This document shows, piece by piece, positions 36,501 through 51,429 of a DNA stretch of 64,000 nt; the stretch's first letter is position 1; each line of letters begins with the position of its first letter. The position numbers were made by a program, and so were the translations under genes. The DNA is from Chrysomallon squamiferum (lineage: Eukaryota > Animalia > Mollusca): positions 10,044,001 to 10,108,000 of the forward strand of contig CM022674.1 of the NCBI GenBank assembly GCA_012295275.1, in the 5' to 3' direction. The notes under the pieces are model-generated. The model had not been told where the DNA came from. It ran no database searches and was given only the letters and a program-made list of their open reading frames with translations.

Positions 36501-37768
36501 ATCTATACTTATGAATTGAAAAAATATGTATATCTAATGAATTTATTTCTTTCTAGTCATGATACTGACATGTGCAAAGTTCAAGAAGCTGCAGATGCAT
36601 TTACAGGTTTGCACAACTTTTCTGCTTTCACAAATCCTAAAGTTCTGAAAGAAAACGACCCTGTCAAACACCTAACTGTAGGGTTGAAGAAAGGAACAGG
36701 AATCCTGAAAACCTCTCAACACCAGATGGCAGACTGTTTCGATTTCTGGGAAGTTCATTTTCATAGTCAGTCATTTTTATACAGACAGGTAATGAAGGTT
36801 CAACATTTTATTAAATATTTACTTACATTTAATATATACATACAAATCTGTTTATAAAGCTTTCTTTTTTTAATGTTAAAAAATTATGTTATTCTATTCT
36901 TTTTAATATATTTTAAATACATTCTTAAACATTTTGAGTACATTATTTAGTTATATAAATGACTATTAAATTAAAAAGTTCAATTAAAGAACTAATTATC
37001 TGACAGTCATGAATCTGTTTGCTGAAGGTTCGACGAATGGTGGGAACTATATTAAAAGTTGGAATGGGTGACCTGCATGTTGATGAACTGAAGGAACTAT
37101 TAGAAGGTCCATCAAAAGAAAAAGACATTTATGCCAATAAAAATGCTCAGTTCTCTGTTCCTTCCTACGGTCTCTTTCTGAAATCAGTAGACTATAACGA
37201 AGAAGGTACATGAAAGAATTTAAGTATTTTTTCATAGTATATTTGAAAAAGATAGTTATATGTATATTATATAACCTTTTTCGCTTTTTTCTCTTTTTTT
37301 TTTTTGGCCCCCTCATATTTTTGTGCATGTTGAACTCAGTGCTTAGATTTGAAGTGTGAATGTCCTCAGGATTAATCCTGCTTATTGTCACTACTTAACT
37401 TTTGCCCATTGTTGTTTCCTTTTTTTCTTTTTTTTGTCTTTTGAAAAATACAGATAAACAATCCCTTACTGCTTACATGAAAGATAGATTTTGTGACTGA
37501 CAGCAATAGGCCTCCATTATTTAATTACATAGGAGATACACAACCAAAACCAAATAAAAATTAATTCAGTCATATATTCTATTAAACACAAATGAGTTTT
37601 TTTAATACATTATTTCTCATTCAACATTGTCTTTACACTTCCTATTAATTTTTCTTTCCAGATTTAATATTTGATTCTTCAGTATCATCTAACACAAAAA
37701 CAGCTTCTAAAGATTTTACAGAAAGAACACTGAGTAATGAAGAAGACAAAGTAATCAGTGTCAGCTGA
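33547..37768 (+). CDS. PUSL1: tRNA pseudouridine synthase-like 1 (TruA family)
   Basis: About 8 exons (33547-33593, ~33877-33946, ~34265-34377, ~35360-35443, ~35736-35942, ~36557-36788, ~37028-37205, ~37662-37768). Starts MGRFLMFVSYIGTHYSG; catalytic SSRTDAGVHA; FHCRHKARARRYVYR, GLHNFSAF, SFLYRQVRRMVG, PSYGLFLKSVDY. Confidence 0.9.
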
Positions 37769-39481
37769 TCACATTATTGTCCACCAGCCAGTTCTTGTTG
37801 GACAACAGTGTTATATAACCTCTTTGAGCCGATGCAGGCTTATTACATCTGAAAGTTAATCAATGGTTATACATACAGTTCACTAACACCACTTGAAGAA
37901 TTAACATCAGAAACAGAACAACGCAGACATATTTTATTTTTAATTTATTGACAAGACTGCAGTTATTTTAGTATCAAGTTAATTGGTTATTTACATTTTA
38001 ATTAGTGACAGACAGTGGAACCCTGTTAAGAGCAGTAATTGTGAAAAAATACCAAACACCTGTTCTCATCTTTGAAGTGAGGTAATAAAAACTGAAGTTT
38101 CTTGTTCTTCCTTCTTTACATCATTAATTAAATTGCAGTTTTGTTTTTTGCAAGCCATCTTTTTTAAACCTTTTTTAAGAAATACACTACAAGATAGTTA
38201 TGAGTAACTAACACATACTGGAACTTGTATATTTCTGTTGTCATACATATTGTAAACTGTGAACTTCAAGTCTGAAACGTAAATTGTATTATGTGAATTC
38301 ACATTACTGTTTACTGAGAACTATTACTGTGATCAACTGGCTAGTGAGACATCTAACAAATTTAGATAAAAGCTGCAATTTTCTGCTCTCTGGTACTCAC
38401 ATGATGACTAGCTGCACTTGGAGCAAACTGTCTACATCTGATGAGTAATGGAAGCAATAATTCTGCGTAATGTAGTAGTTCAATCTTCTCTCAGAAATTT
38501 ATCAAGTGTTAATAATATTATACTGTGCTTGTGAAATCAAACAGGAATTATCTGTATTTTCTGCATCTTTGATGCTCTTTTTTTTTGTATGTGTGTGTTT
38601 GTTCATCAAGACAAGATATTACTGACTGAAATAAGATGTTTTATAAAAGAACTGAAATGCACAAAATAGAAAGAAAAACACTGTACAGACTATTATTGGG
38701 ACACATGGGCAGGCTTGTTCAAAATGTATGTTCTGTTATAAAGAAGATAAATATAATTATATTTTTGTATAATTTTATTTTACACAGACTGAAAATGAAT
38801 ATCAGAATTCGGAAATTTACTGATGTGGCAGATTATAATGTTTAATTTTGTGCTGTATATACGCTAATTTTGTTACATTTCTTATTTTACAACATAAAAC
38901 TGATTTTAAAAATCAAATTTCCGTTAAAAAATTAATGATAAAAGATTATTAAAAATATACCCCAAAAGCTAAATTAGCAACAACAAAATAAATTAAGATT
39001 GTTTCTAAAAATATTTAACAGAATTTTAAAAACAACATAAAATACCTCAACCATATTTGGGTAGAACAACGATTAAAAAGGATATAAAACTTTTTTTTAT
39101 TTTTAATATACGTATATTTATGTCTAAATCTGGGAATCAAATGCAATATCAATAAAAAATAATAATAATAATAACAAAAAAATACATTTACATAAATTAA
39201 TAAAAGCCAGATTTAGATAAAAAAAACACAACATTGTTACTGTTTTATATATTAACATTCACATTTATTTAAAATCAATACAAATTAAATCTTATTTTTT
39301 TATTTTTTATTTTACGCAGTTTTTAAATGTAAATAATAAACTTAGTCATGAGTCATTTTCAAGTGATTTATAAAATTAAATATATCCGAGTAATTTTCAC
39401 TCTCTAAACAATTTTAAACTATATTTTTCAGCGTATGTTTGTCCTGCATATGTAAACAATGGTACATCAACATGCTGGAAT

Positions 39482-42400
39482 TCAAGGTCTTGTTATTATA
39501 GCCTGAAATAAAATGACAAATGCAAATTTAGTGAAAAATCAAAAAGGAATCCTTATATGATCAGTAAACAATCTATTACTCACATATTTCAAAATATTTA
39601 TAACAAACAGCATTTAAAATTGGTTCAAATATTGAATATGTTATGTTTCAGACAAATTTGTATTGAATTTATTGTTTTCATACTGTTACTTTAATAAATG
39701 TATGATGAAGTTTTATATTTTGATAAATGAATGGATAAATAAAATGGTTAACAAATCAAAATATTTTAATAATAATATTTATTAAATATCAAAGCAACAG
39801 AGGTTTAGAAAGGCTGTAACGTTTATTACAATCATGATAAAGTTGAGAAGACGAGGAAAATAAGACTGATTGTCTGTCATTACTACATTATTAATCAGTG
39901 AGTTACAGCAAATTTTAGCATTCAGATAAATTGATGCAAACATTTGGAATCAAATGTGAAAAAAATTTGTTACTGAAAATAAACAACCAAAAACAACTTT
40001 GTATTGACTATTGTTAAAATTAAAAAAAATTAAATGTGCTAACCTTCCACTTCAAGGGACCAGAATCAGTAGCAAGTTCAGCATTAACAATTGTGAAGAT
40101 AGAAATAATCTGTGTTACTTCTGATGTATGACTCTCATCTGCTGGCCACACCAACGTTAACACAGGTTTCTTCTGTTCTTTCATGTACTCAAAGCTCCGG
40201 AGGTTTAATTTCTGAAAACACCAACATATATACTAGTTTTGTGTGCATGTGTTCTTATGTACATGTGTGAGAGTCTGTGTGTGGGAGTGAACATGTAATA
40301 ACAAATATTTCTTTCTGGAATATCTGGATTAAAAAATTTGCACAGCTAAATATTTCAGTTGGAATAATATAATCTAGAATCTATGGACTAACAACACAAG
40401 AATTGGAAATTTTTAGACAATTATTACAGTTTATTATAATGTTAGAAATAGCTGAAATAATTTTGTAATTTCTAATAATATTAAAATACTAGGCTTGGGA
40501 AATAAATGGATAATTTACTGTACTACTGAGTTTCAAATATTGCTACAGGAGGCCTAACTGGATGGAAATGTAGACATTTGATTGTTCTTTATTTATTATT
40601 ATTTATTTTATTTCATTTTTTTTTTTTTTTAAATTATGTTATTATGATTATTTCTTTTTAATTCATGAAAACAAACGTACATCACAGTAAACTCTTTTTT
40701 GCACACCAAACTTCAGTATGAATATATCAAAAGACTTGTCCATCACTCCCATCACCATAGCTTTTTCTTCAAATGGTCCTGCCTCCTGTTAAAAACACAT
40801 ATAAATGATTCCATTAAAACACAAGTAAATATAAATTCAGTTCTGAAAATAATAACTTTAAGGCATTGCTAAATGATAAATTCTTATATGAGATTAGCAG
40901 AATTAACAACCAATCAGTAAATCATATCATTAACATCCACAGCTAACAATCTAATTTTGATAAATTTCAAATAAAACAAAAGTTTAAATTACTGACTGAA
41001 CAAGACATGATGTGATACTAAAGTTGACAAAAATATTTTATTACCAAAAAAATAAAAAACAGAATTTTAGAAATACTAAAAGCTAAAAAAAAGATTAAAA
41101 TATATATGTATTACTTTTACAAAGACAGCAAAATAGAGTTCCAAACTGAGGTCATTGACTCTTTTGGCTGAAATCTTCCTCTCATTGCAGTTGTCTGCCA
41201 CTATCTGTAGCTCTTGTTTCGACAGTTTTGGAATATCTCGGTATTCTGAACAAACAAACAGTTATATACTGCAGCAAAGTGTAGGAAAATAACATTTTTT
41301 TATTTTATCTCGTATTAAAAACAATTACTTTCTTCATTTACAATTACTTGACTTGTATCAAAACAAAAATAACCATATGTTTGTAATTAATATTTTTAAG
41401 TCCTAATGTAAAGAAAAAGTACTCAATTTAAATAATATTTAAAGCGATGTCCATGGAGAACAAGGTAGAGCTACTGATACAAGGCTGTAGGTCATATTTC
41501 AATAAATAAATAGTTTTTCACCAATAAGGTTTCACATTCTCTGTACAGTCTTCTCTACATAATTAATTAACAAAATTACTGAGAAATTTCTTACCCAGGG
41601 ATGCTGCCAGCAGTCTGTGAACAAGGATGTCAGGGTAGCGACGTATTGGTGAGGTGAAGTGAGTGTACAGCGGAACATTTAAAGCGTAGTGACGATACAC
41701 CTCCTCATTATCAATAGTCCCAGCACAGAAATACTTGGCATTCTGAAATCACGACATTTGGCTGATTTTAAAAATGAAACTAGTAATAGGCTAATTAAGA
41801 GAAAGTAAACCTATAGAGTCAGAAGCATATGATCAAAACAGATTTTTATCCTTCCATGTGATTTTTCTAAAAATAAAGTTTGAAAATAACAAAATATGAT
41901 CAAAAGGTGAATTATTTAATTATTTTTATTCAATAAGCACATATTTACAACCTCCCATTAATTACCTAGATAAGTTTAATAAAAAAAATACTTCTGTCTT
42001 ATCCTCTACAAATATTTTACTTTATTATTAGAAGTGGTTACCAATAAAATACATAAAATAATAAGTGGAATAAACAGTACATTTAAATTAATTTATTTTT
42101 TACATATTTTACATATTCTTTTATTGACTATTAAATTCCATCTACAGATCAATGTTTTATTATTAACTGAACAAACCTGCATTGGCTTGGAACACATTGC
42201 CACAAGAACCTGCATCCTTGCAACCGAATATTCATCATTTCCACAATATTTCATCAATGAAGCCTGTGGAACAAAATCCATGAAAACCACATTAACCACA
42301 ACACAAACATTTCAGTATACAAAAACAAACCCCAGTGTACATAAGTGGATTATTCTCTATACAATACTTGTGTGTCATAAAGATATAACAATATTAATTG

Positions 42401-44683
42401 CTTATTTTTAAACAGTAATCTATTGAATTGCTACATAAGTATGGTTGTAATTATAACAGGGAATGTCTGTATATCATTTACTGGTTCCTTACATTTTATA
42501 TGCAGAACAATCTGCATTATTTTATTCCAGATGGATCTATATGAACCATATATTACTTTGGTGCACCACTAATTTAAAAATTACTAGCTTTTCTACTACA
42601 GCGTAAATTATCTGTCTTGTGACATGTTGTTAATGCACTGACTTGTTATATGAGTTACTCAGAATGACCTACGTTTAATGAACCACTGTCCTTGCCATCC
42701 AGTGGCACACCCAGCTCTTTTGCAAGCTGCATCTGTAATTAACAAATCAATGAATATGTGTAAGAGTCACAGGAAAACAAATGACTTACTATATTTGTTG
42801 GAATAATGGAATAAAGATCAAGAATTATTTGTAAACTCATGTAATAAGACATTTTAATGTAACAAAACCTTCACTATTCTCACTTTGACACTAAATTCAA
42901 TTTACAACACCTATTTTATAGCACATCTTTCTGATATTTTATACAATTATTCCATTTTCCCAGAACTATTAACTATTAAGATGATTTGTCTTCAAATAAA
43001 TGAAGTACATTTTTCTCTGCAAATTTGCTTTGAGTAATGTTATATAAGATTATTTTATCTGTGTTGCTCAACTGCTAACCAAATTTTCAATGGCTTTCTC
43101 CTGAGGAGGAGGATGTCGTCTAAGTAACGCCTTCTCCTTACAGAACTTATAGATCTTGTGAGCTACAGCCATGTTAGCCAAAAGCATAAACTCTTCAATC
43201 AGTCTGAAAATTAGAAACATGGTTTAGATTTTTAGAACGTGTCATTGCACATTCAATCCACATATTTGTATTAGATCTCCACCTCAATGACCTTTACAAT
43301 GGTTAAGTAATAAACAAAATTTGCAGAAATTTTCTAAGCATCAGGTTCCTGCCCATCTCAGTTTTGTAACTGACTCAAATTTCAAATCCCAAATAGTTTG
43401 ATTTTGGAAGATAATCAAATATATCTAATGCAGTTCAATGAAGGAAATTAATTATAAACATCCACTGGACAGGGTGATTAACATAAAGCTGCAGTTTAAA
43501 TAACAAGCAACTGATCAGCAAACTAAAAAATTAACAATGATGACAGTATCATTTGAATAACAGGTTATCTACATGAATTTCATTTTAAAATTAAGGTTTA
43601 TTTATTTTGGGGGGATTACTGTTTATTAATGTTAACAGCTGGCCAAATAGTTTGTCTGTCTTTTTTTAACTGTCTGCAAAACAGCAATATTCTAAATACC
43701 AAACAAATTCACCACAATTTGAATTGAATATTTGAAGCTTTGCAGAACTACTTTACAAAGAATTGGAAAACAATCCATTTTACCAAATATAGATGTTAAA
43801 ACATGCAATATAATATGACTGCACACACACATACACACAGACATTTAGAATTACAAAGAAATTAAGTATTATGAATGAACAATATAAGATGATAGGATCT
43901 ATATAAATAAATGATTCCATTAAAATTGTTACATGCTTCAAAATATTTTTAAAATATTTCAGTGTCATCACTATTCTTGTCATTTGTAATTAATATATTG
44001 GCCATTTTTTCAAAAGTATTGATTTCAGCTTAGTTCATTATTAATTTGATATGAAAACAATTTTAAAAGTAAAATAAAAATTGTTTACTTATTACTGTCT
44101 TTTTGCTGATAGACAGAATAACCATTGGGTAATCCAGTTTCCTGGTCAAGTGTAAACTGTATTTTCACTTGGTCTAGTCGCAAAGCTCCTCCATCAAAAC
44201 GAGCCTTACGTAAACACTTGGCTATCTGAAAAAAGAGGAAAAATTCTTATGTGAACCATTAAAAAATCAAATCTGAAATAATTTGCTAATTTGCATCACA
44301 CCATGAGACAACACACCATGAATTACAGTAATAAAAAATATTTAAAATTAAAAAAGCAGTTTTCTGTTGGATATCTTTGAAAACAAATTTGGAACTGAGA
44401 TTAAAGAAAACATGACTGTATGATTTTATATATATTCTTAAATAAACATCTATACTATGAAAAACAATAGTTATGCAGCCATCTCAAAGACACAATGTTA
44501 TTAGCCATTGTTTACCTGCTGCAGAATCACAACCCTAGATGCTATGTCAGAGGCACAGAAACCAGTAGATACTGGTGGCAGATCTTCAGCTTTCCATTCT
44601 TTGTCTGGTTCTTCAATAAATCCCTGAAAACATTTAACATTTAAGAAGTCAGTGTATCAGTTCCTTTTTTATTTTGTATATGG

Positions 44684-44717
<34 letters not shown>

Positions 44718-47700
44718 TATAAATGAAAAATCTTAAAATGGAAATCTAATAATTTTTAATCTGTAAATGTTATTGTTCCTAAAATCAGTTTTTTTTCAAA
44801 ATAAATACTTAACTAGTTATTGTTTTACATTTATGTGATACTCACTTGTGCATGTTCATAGCTTAGTTTCACACATGATCGAATAACAGAGCGTCCAAAC
44901 CATTCATCAAATACCTACAAAATACTTTTACTCTTAATAAACTGAAAAGAGTAACACCATAAACATATAATAAAAGAAACTACAGAAATCTGAAATAGAA
45001 AGGTTTTGTAAAACTGTATTATTTGTTCTCAGATTTTTATATCTATTATTTATATATTATATATCTAATATAAAAGATTTAAATTTTTCCACTGTTCACT
45101 CTCTGTTTAGGGATGAATAAAGTTGTAGCATTTGAGTAATTACATATAAACTACTCTTAATTAAAGTAAGAAAAACAAACAAAAAAAACAAGTGGCCACA
45201 AATAATTTTTACCCATACCAAGCTGATTCGAATTTTTGATAGTTAAAGTTAAAAACAAAATAATGAATAAATTTTAACAAGCCTGCTCATTAGAATTTAC
45301 CTCCCCATTTTTATTCATTTTCCACACAACTGAGAATGTAAGTCTATCTTCATCAGGGTTCAGACTACACAACTTCTCACACAGTAACCGTGGCAACATT
45401 GGTATGACCTAAAAACAAATATATAAAAAATTAGAAGAAAAAAAAACATTTATTTGAATTACTGAGTTTCACTATGATATTCAGATTCATTTTTTATCGC
45501 ATTATTTTTGTACCTTCTGCACTAGATACACACTGGTTGCCCTTCTTGCTGCTACACCATCCAAAGCAGTGTCATCATTCAAGAAGTAACTAACATCTGC
45601 AATGTGAACTCCAACTTCATATAGTCCTAAACACAGAGTGTAAAAATTTAAATATTTTAAATATTTTATATTAATAAAAATCAAACTAAGAATTTGTTAT
45701 CTATTTAGATATAAATAATAGTACTACTAACACTTCTGCTATTATTACTACTAATAATAATGAAAATGATTTTTTTTTAACAATAACAATAATCAATAAA
45801 AAAGGTAATAACAATAGTGATGATAATAATAATAATAATATCAATGATTAATAAAACTTAAAGCTATTTAAAACTTATAAATCATATTTTTAGCATTATT
45901 TATTATTACAATAAAGGAAACAGAAAGTACACTTTACATTAAACATTTTTAACTAGAAATATTCTAAGATGTAACAACCATCATCTAGCTGTTCACATGA
46001 AACTGCATCATCCAAATCTCGAGCAGTTGACGGGTCGATTGTAAAAACACATTTCTGTCGAAAATCTCGACGGTCTTCATACTCCTCAGGAGGTATGTTC
46101 CAATGAGAATCTTGTGGAAGACAGGAAAGAACCTAATATGATAAATTAAAATTATTTCTCTGTATAAATCAAAATTTATGTGTATTTCAAAGTTTGACAT
46201 AAAAATATACACTTTATCTCAAACAACATACTGAAGTATGTGTTTATATATTTTTTCAAAGCTCAGTGGTTTATATTCTTCTATTTAATCTGTAAATATT
46301 TTAAAAACAAAAAATAATAAAATCATTTTAGATCACTGCAGTAATGCTTGCTACAGGCTTACTTTTATGTCTTTTAATTTTGTTTTTGATCACCAGATGA
46401 AATACAAAAAAAATATATTTACAACAAATTACCTTGTCGGAAAATTCACAGAATTCAACATCATTTTCAATGAGAATAGCTTCAGTCTCTGGTTCAATCT
46501 GACCAGCTTCACCAAGACTGCGTGAAAGATGTCTGTATAAAAAAAGAAGAAATAAGTTAACAACATTGTGTGAAAATATCTATGAAAATCAAGTAGTTTT
46601 GCAGAAGCCTACTTTTACTTCTATTCATGTGAATATAAAAAACAAAGCTAGGTATTTGTATACAAGAGTAACATTTTTAGTTAAAGCTTAAAGCAAACAG
46701 TAAATTATGAAAGATGATAAAAGGTTTATTACCCATTAGCAAAAGCAGATGTTTCCTTCCAATCTGATATCCTAGCAATGTAAAGAGTATTTGCATGGTC
46801 GTTTGGTCTGCTCAGAAAATCTATCGACAGAACAATGTTAATAACTAAATATCAATATCAATACTACATGTTAACAAAATAAGCATATTTAACTGTATGT
46901 ATTCTTTAACATTTTTATTGACAGATTAATATTGCTACCATAACACTGATACATTTCCTCCAAGTATTTTTAACATAGCTTTCATCTGCTAAACATAAAT
47001 GAATTTAACATAAAAGTTATTTAACTAAATATATGAACACATTCTAATTTTTATGTTTTTATCATTTCAGGCACAATAATTTTTCTGCTAACAAAATAAT
47101 ACATAAACTGATGCAAGAGGTTAGTTTATTTTAAATTTTTTATTTGCATGATGTTATTCATCCTTTGTAAGCCTGAGGAATTTATTATTTCTGATGTCCA
47201 AATTAATAAACTGGTAACTAGAAAGTATGCATAATACTTGTATTCCATTGCAGGTGTACTTATATAGAAAAAGAATGTACCTTCAGGACATTCTACAACT
47301 GGTACTTGAATTCTTGGCAAGCGACTGTCTGTAGGTGAAAACAGTGCAAAGTTCTTGTTGTTGTCTTTCATTGGTTTAATATAACCACCACAGGCTCTTG
47401 GATGCTTCTTTTCAATAATAGCAACTACCTATAAAAATATATGTAAATAAAATTAGTTAATGTTAGAAATTTTACAATAGGGATAAAAAAAAGAGTAAAT
47501 AAATATAAATAATACAAAACTTTTGATTAAGAAATTCTAATACTGCAAGTGTTAATGTTACAGCAACTGGTACACAATTTGATTTTTGTACATATTATTC
47601 TTGTTTAAAACAATCTATAACAAAATCTATACATAACAAAATCTATACATAACAATAAAACACATTGCAGTAGAAGTGATGCTATTTGAAAAAATTTCTA

Positions 47701-50700
47701 CTAAGATACCATGAAGAATAAATATTTTCTTTATACCTTTCCTGTTTTTTGGAGATATTTATCTTGCTTCTTAGAATCATCATTTTTAGCATGTTCTCTT
47801 GGCTGACAACTAGAAAAAAGTTTCTTGGCAACAGGACTGCCATCTTGCAGAATATCATTCAGTGTAGTATAGTTTGCTTTTTTATCTGATTTTGGAGAGT
47901 TTATTTGTCTTGTGGGTGAGTTGTTTTCTTGAAAATCACACAATTTAACACTCTCACAAAGTTTGTCAGTGAGTGACTGATTCTCTGCAGTACTGTCATT
48001 CACTGCCACATCATCAACATCATCATCTTCAATTATTACATCTGGTCCTGAATCATCACTGTCCTCATCAGCAACAGGATCTGTGGCAGCACCAACTGAT
48101 GTTTCATAATTTTCTAGGTCGTCTGTGTACACCTTATCAAAAAAGCAAAATGACAACGTAACTAATCATTGCTGTAATTATATCTTTAAAGATTAGTTTA
48201 TAGCTCTATATCTATTTATTTATGGAACAGTATCTATAATTGGCTTTCATTAATAATAACATAATATATTCACATGATTTTCCATTATGTTTACGTGTAG
48301 GATGAAGTTTAATTATTTATCACTAGTAATAATGACAATATTAAACAGAAAAAGCATATTTTTAAATAAAATATCTTCAGATAAATTACAAAAAAAGTGT
48401 GTACTATACCCTCCAATAAGTCCTGTCTAATATTTGAACTGCAACTACATCACCATTCAGTGCTCGGTTTCTGTACTTCATGCCAGGAATATAGATGTCA
48501 GCACTGCCATCCTGATGTAAAAAATAAAAGGCTAATTACCACCTCTAATTAATAATAATAATAATGTTTATATGTATATAAAACAAGATGACCATAAGAA
48601 TGCACCTGTCTTAATAAACAATTTCATAGACAATGTGTTAGTTCATGTTTTTAGTGCAACAGATATTAAGTGGACATACTAGGCAAAAAAATCTGAAAAT
48701 GCGAAGAAACAAAATTGTTTCTAAATTTTTTGACATGTTGATTAAGAAAATATATATACAAAATCCACTTCTTCAGATAAATGGCTCAAATCACATTTTA
48801 CAAAATACAAATCAATATTTCTGTACATTTTTCACTTTTCTATTTTTTTATTTATTATAACATTAATCACCTAGAAAATGGTAATTTATTAGAAAGCAAA
48901 AAGAAATTGTTGAGAAACCATTGAAATTAATATATTATTGCAATATCAATTATTGTTTAAAATAATGGTTATTAAGCAAGTATCAATAAAAAATGCAATC
49001 ACACACCCACACACTTATTTTATCTTTTTTTTTTTTTAAATGGGCTTTTTAATAAGCTTGCCAGAACAAGTCACAGGTGGATGGATAATGGAGAGAAAAT
49101 AATGAAATTTAAGAATACCAAAAAAAAAAAGTAACTTACTGGGAGAGGAACATAAGAATCTTCAAAGTTTTTAGGATTCACTCGAATGATTCCCTGAAAA
49201 TTATATACAGAAGTTAATGTAAAGCTAGAGATTAAAGCTGAAAAAGAAGAAATAGAACATTTATATTAATGAAAAAAGTTGTATTGATATTTAAAACCTA
49301 TAATGCAAAGTTCTAATCAAAAATATTTTGTTACTGCATTATTCAAAATTAATTTAATGTAAAATAAAAAGATAAAACTAATGTTCATTAATGTAATTTT
49401 TAGTTGAATACTTAAAACAAATCATTAGAAATATCTGTATTATTTTTTCTTTTAGTATTCAATATACAATCATATTTGTGTCACAAATGTAAAAAGGAAT
49501 GTACTACCTGGATTAGCTGATTTCTTTTCAATCCATCAGACACTTTGTCTAATGGCCAGTATAACTCAAATATCTACAATAACAAATATACTTTTGTTTC
49601 AATGGGTCTAATACTACTGACATAACTGGCTGCTACATTTTCAAAACATTTCACCTAGTGGCCTATTTTACCTAAAGGACTAGTTTTTTCATTTTAAATT
49701 ACTTTGTCTACAAGCGTGTATTCCTGGAAGTATACTATCTGTAAAATCAAGTAATTTAATGTATATTTATTATTTTTATTTTCAGTTACACTGTGTTGTT
49801 TGCTGTGAAACAAATAAAACAAAATGTGAAAGCAAAGTGTGCTCAGACATTTGCATGTACCACCCAATGAAACCTTTAAATATATAAACAATATTCTGAT
49901 ATGTGTATTAAATAAAACTGTAAATTATAGGCAATAAATTTTAATATTAAGTGCTACAAACCATTTTCTTCCTATCTCTATTTCCATGACCTTTATTATC
50001 AGTTTTCTTAGAATTTTCTTCATGTGTTTTATCTTGGTTTCTTTGTTTCCCTCTGTATCTAACAGATTCATGAACTCTGTGTTCATTCATGTTTTCTTCT
50101 TCACAATTTTTATTGTTTTTATTGCAGTCATAAACATTTTGTGGTTTGTTACAATCACGAGTTTCATTCATAGTGAATTTGTTTTTATTTTTTGTCTTAA
50201 CTTTTTTCTTTGTTCTTTGGTCAATACTTTCTTTTGCATTCGTATTTACATCCTTCTTCTGACTGGTTGGTGCCAAATCTATTGCTTAAAAATAAAAATA
50301 AAAAGGTATTAAATAACCAGACATAAAGAAAATTTATCAACATTTCTTAATGCATATGTATGTATTTACCAATGATAAAAAAAGGAATTTTCTCAACTTT
50401 AATGCAGTGTTTATGAAACCAGCTATCTGTTTTAACTACTGAAGGTTTTTCAACTTACTATGTTTATATATGGTCATTGTTCACAGCTTTTAAAATTAAG
50501 TACATTCAAAAGAAATGCTGACACCAGACAGGAATTAAATTTAAAAGATTCTGACATTGGGTTATGTGCACTCTTTAATAAAAAACAACAGTGATTATAC
50601 TAGTAAAACAAATTACTAAAGCTACCTAATTTATAAAATCATCTTCTAATTAGCAAATCCTTTAGTTTTAAAATATATAGACAGAAATATTAGCTTTAAA

Positions 50701-51211
50701 AAACTGTAAGCCAAAGTATGTTGCAATCAAATGTGAATCACAGAAAATCTCACTCCCCAGTTATTTTTATTAACACATTTATTTTATTATTCTGTGTGCA
50801 TTTGTCATCTCAGAGAATATGCATTTAACAAACGTACTCTCCCTGATAAACTCATTTGATGTACAGAGTACTGTAGTTTATTCAAGTAGTGTTCCAATAT
50901 AAACACTTTCAACTGATTTCATATAATTTATATGATGTAGCTGGATAATAATACTTTTTTATTTTACTTTTTTTTGTTTTATTATTATCAATAACAGCTT
51001 TATGTAATAGATTTTGTTTTGATTTTTTGTTTTCTTAGAGCAAATATCTAATCACATCAAAGTTTATATAACAACATTTTATAAAGTTGTTAACCAGAGT
51101 AATTTCAGCTCTTATGATTATAATTTATGGTAATAAAATATTTCTAAATAATTCTGCAAACATACCTTTTTTAAAATTTACTTCAGAATCATCAGAACAC
51201 TTTGCTGCCAT
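39482..51211 (-). CDS. DIS3L2: DIS3-like exonuclease 2 (RNase II/RNB family)
   Basis: About 23 exons from ATG 51211 to stop 39482. Motifs [53 protein letters not shown] (catalytic), [73 protein letters not shown]. No N-terminal PIN domain, consistent with DIS3L2. Confidence 0.93.
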
Positions 51212-51398
51212 GGTATATTAATCACAGCCTGTAACCTATACAAATATTACATGCACCAGTTTCACAATTCACCGTCTATTGCAATAAACTCAATGATAAA
51301 TAAACCTGAATTTTGTTTTTACTGATTTACTGATTTAGTGATTTACATGATTTAGAATCTAATAACACAAATATTAATTATTTTTCTTTACGTGTATA

Positions 51399-51429
<31 letters not shown>

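Noticed and set aside
38401-38444. C box (ATGATGA) and D box (CTGA) suggesting a snoRNA
   Set aside because: Too short, no terminal stem, and located in the probable PUSL1 3' UTR.
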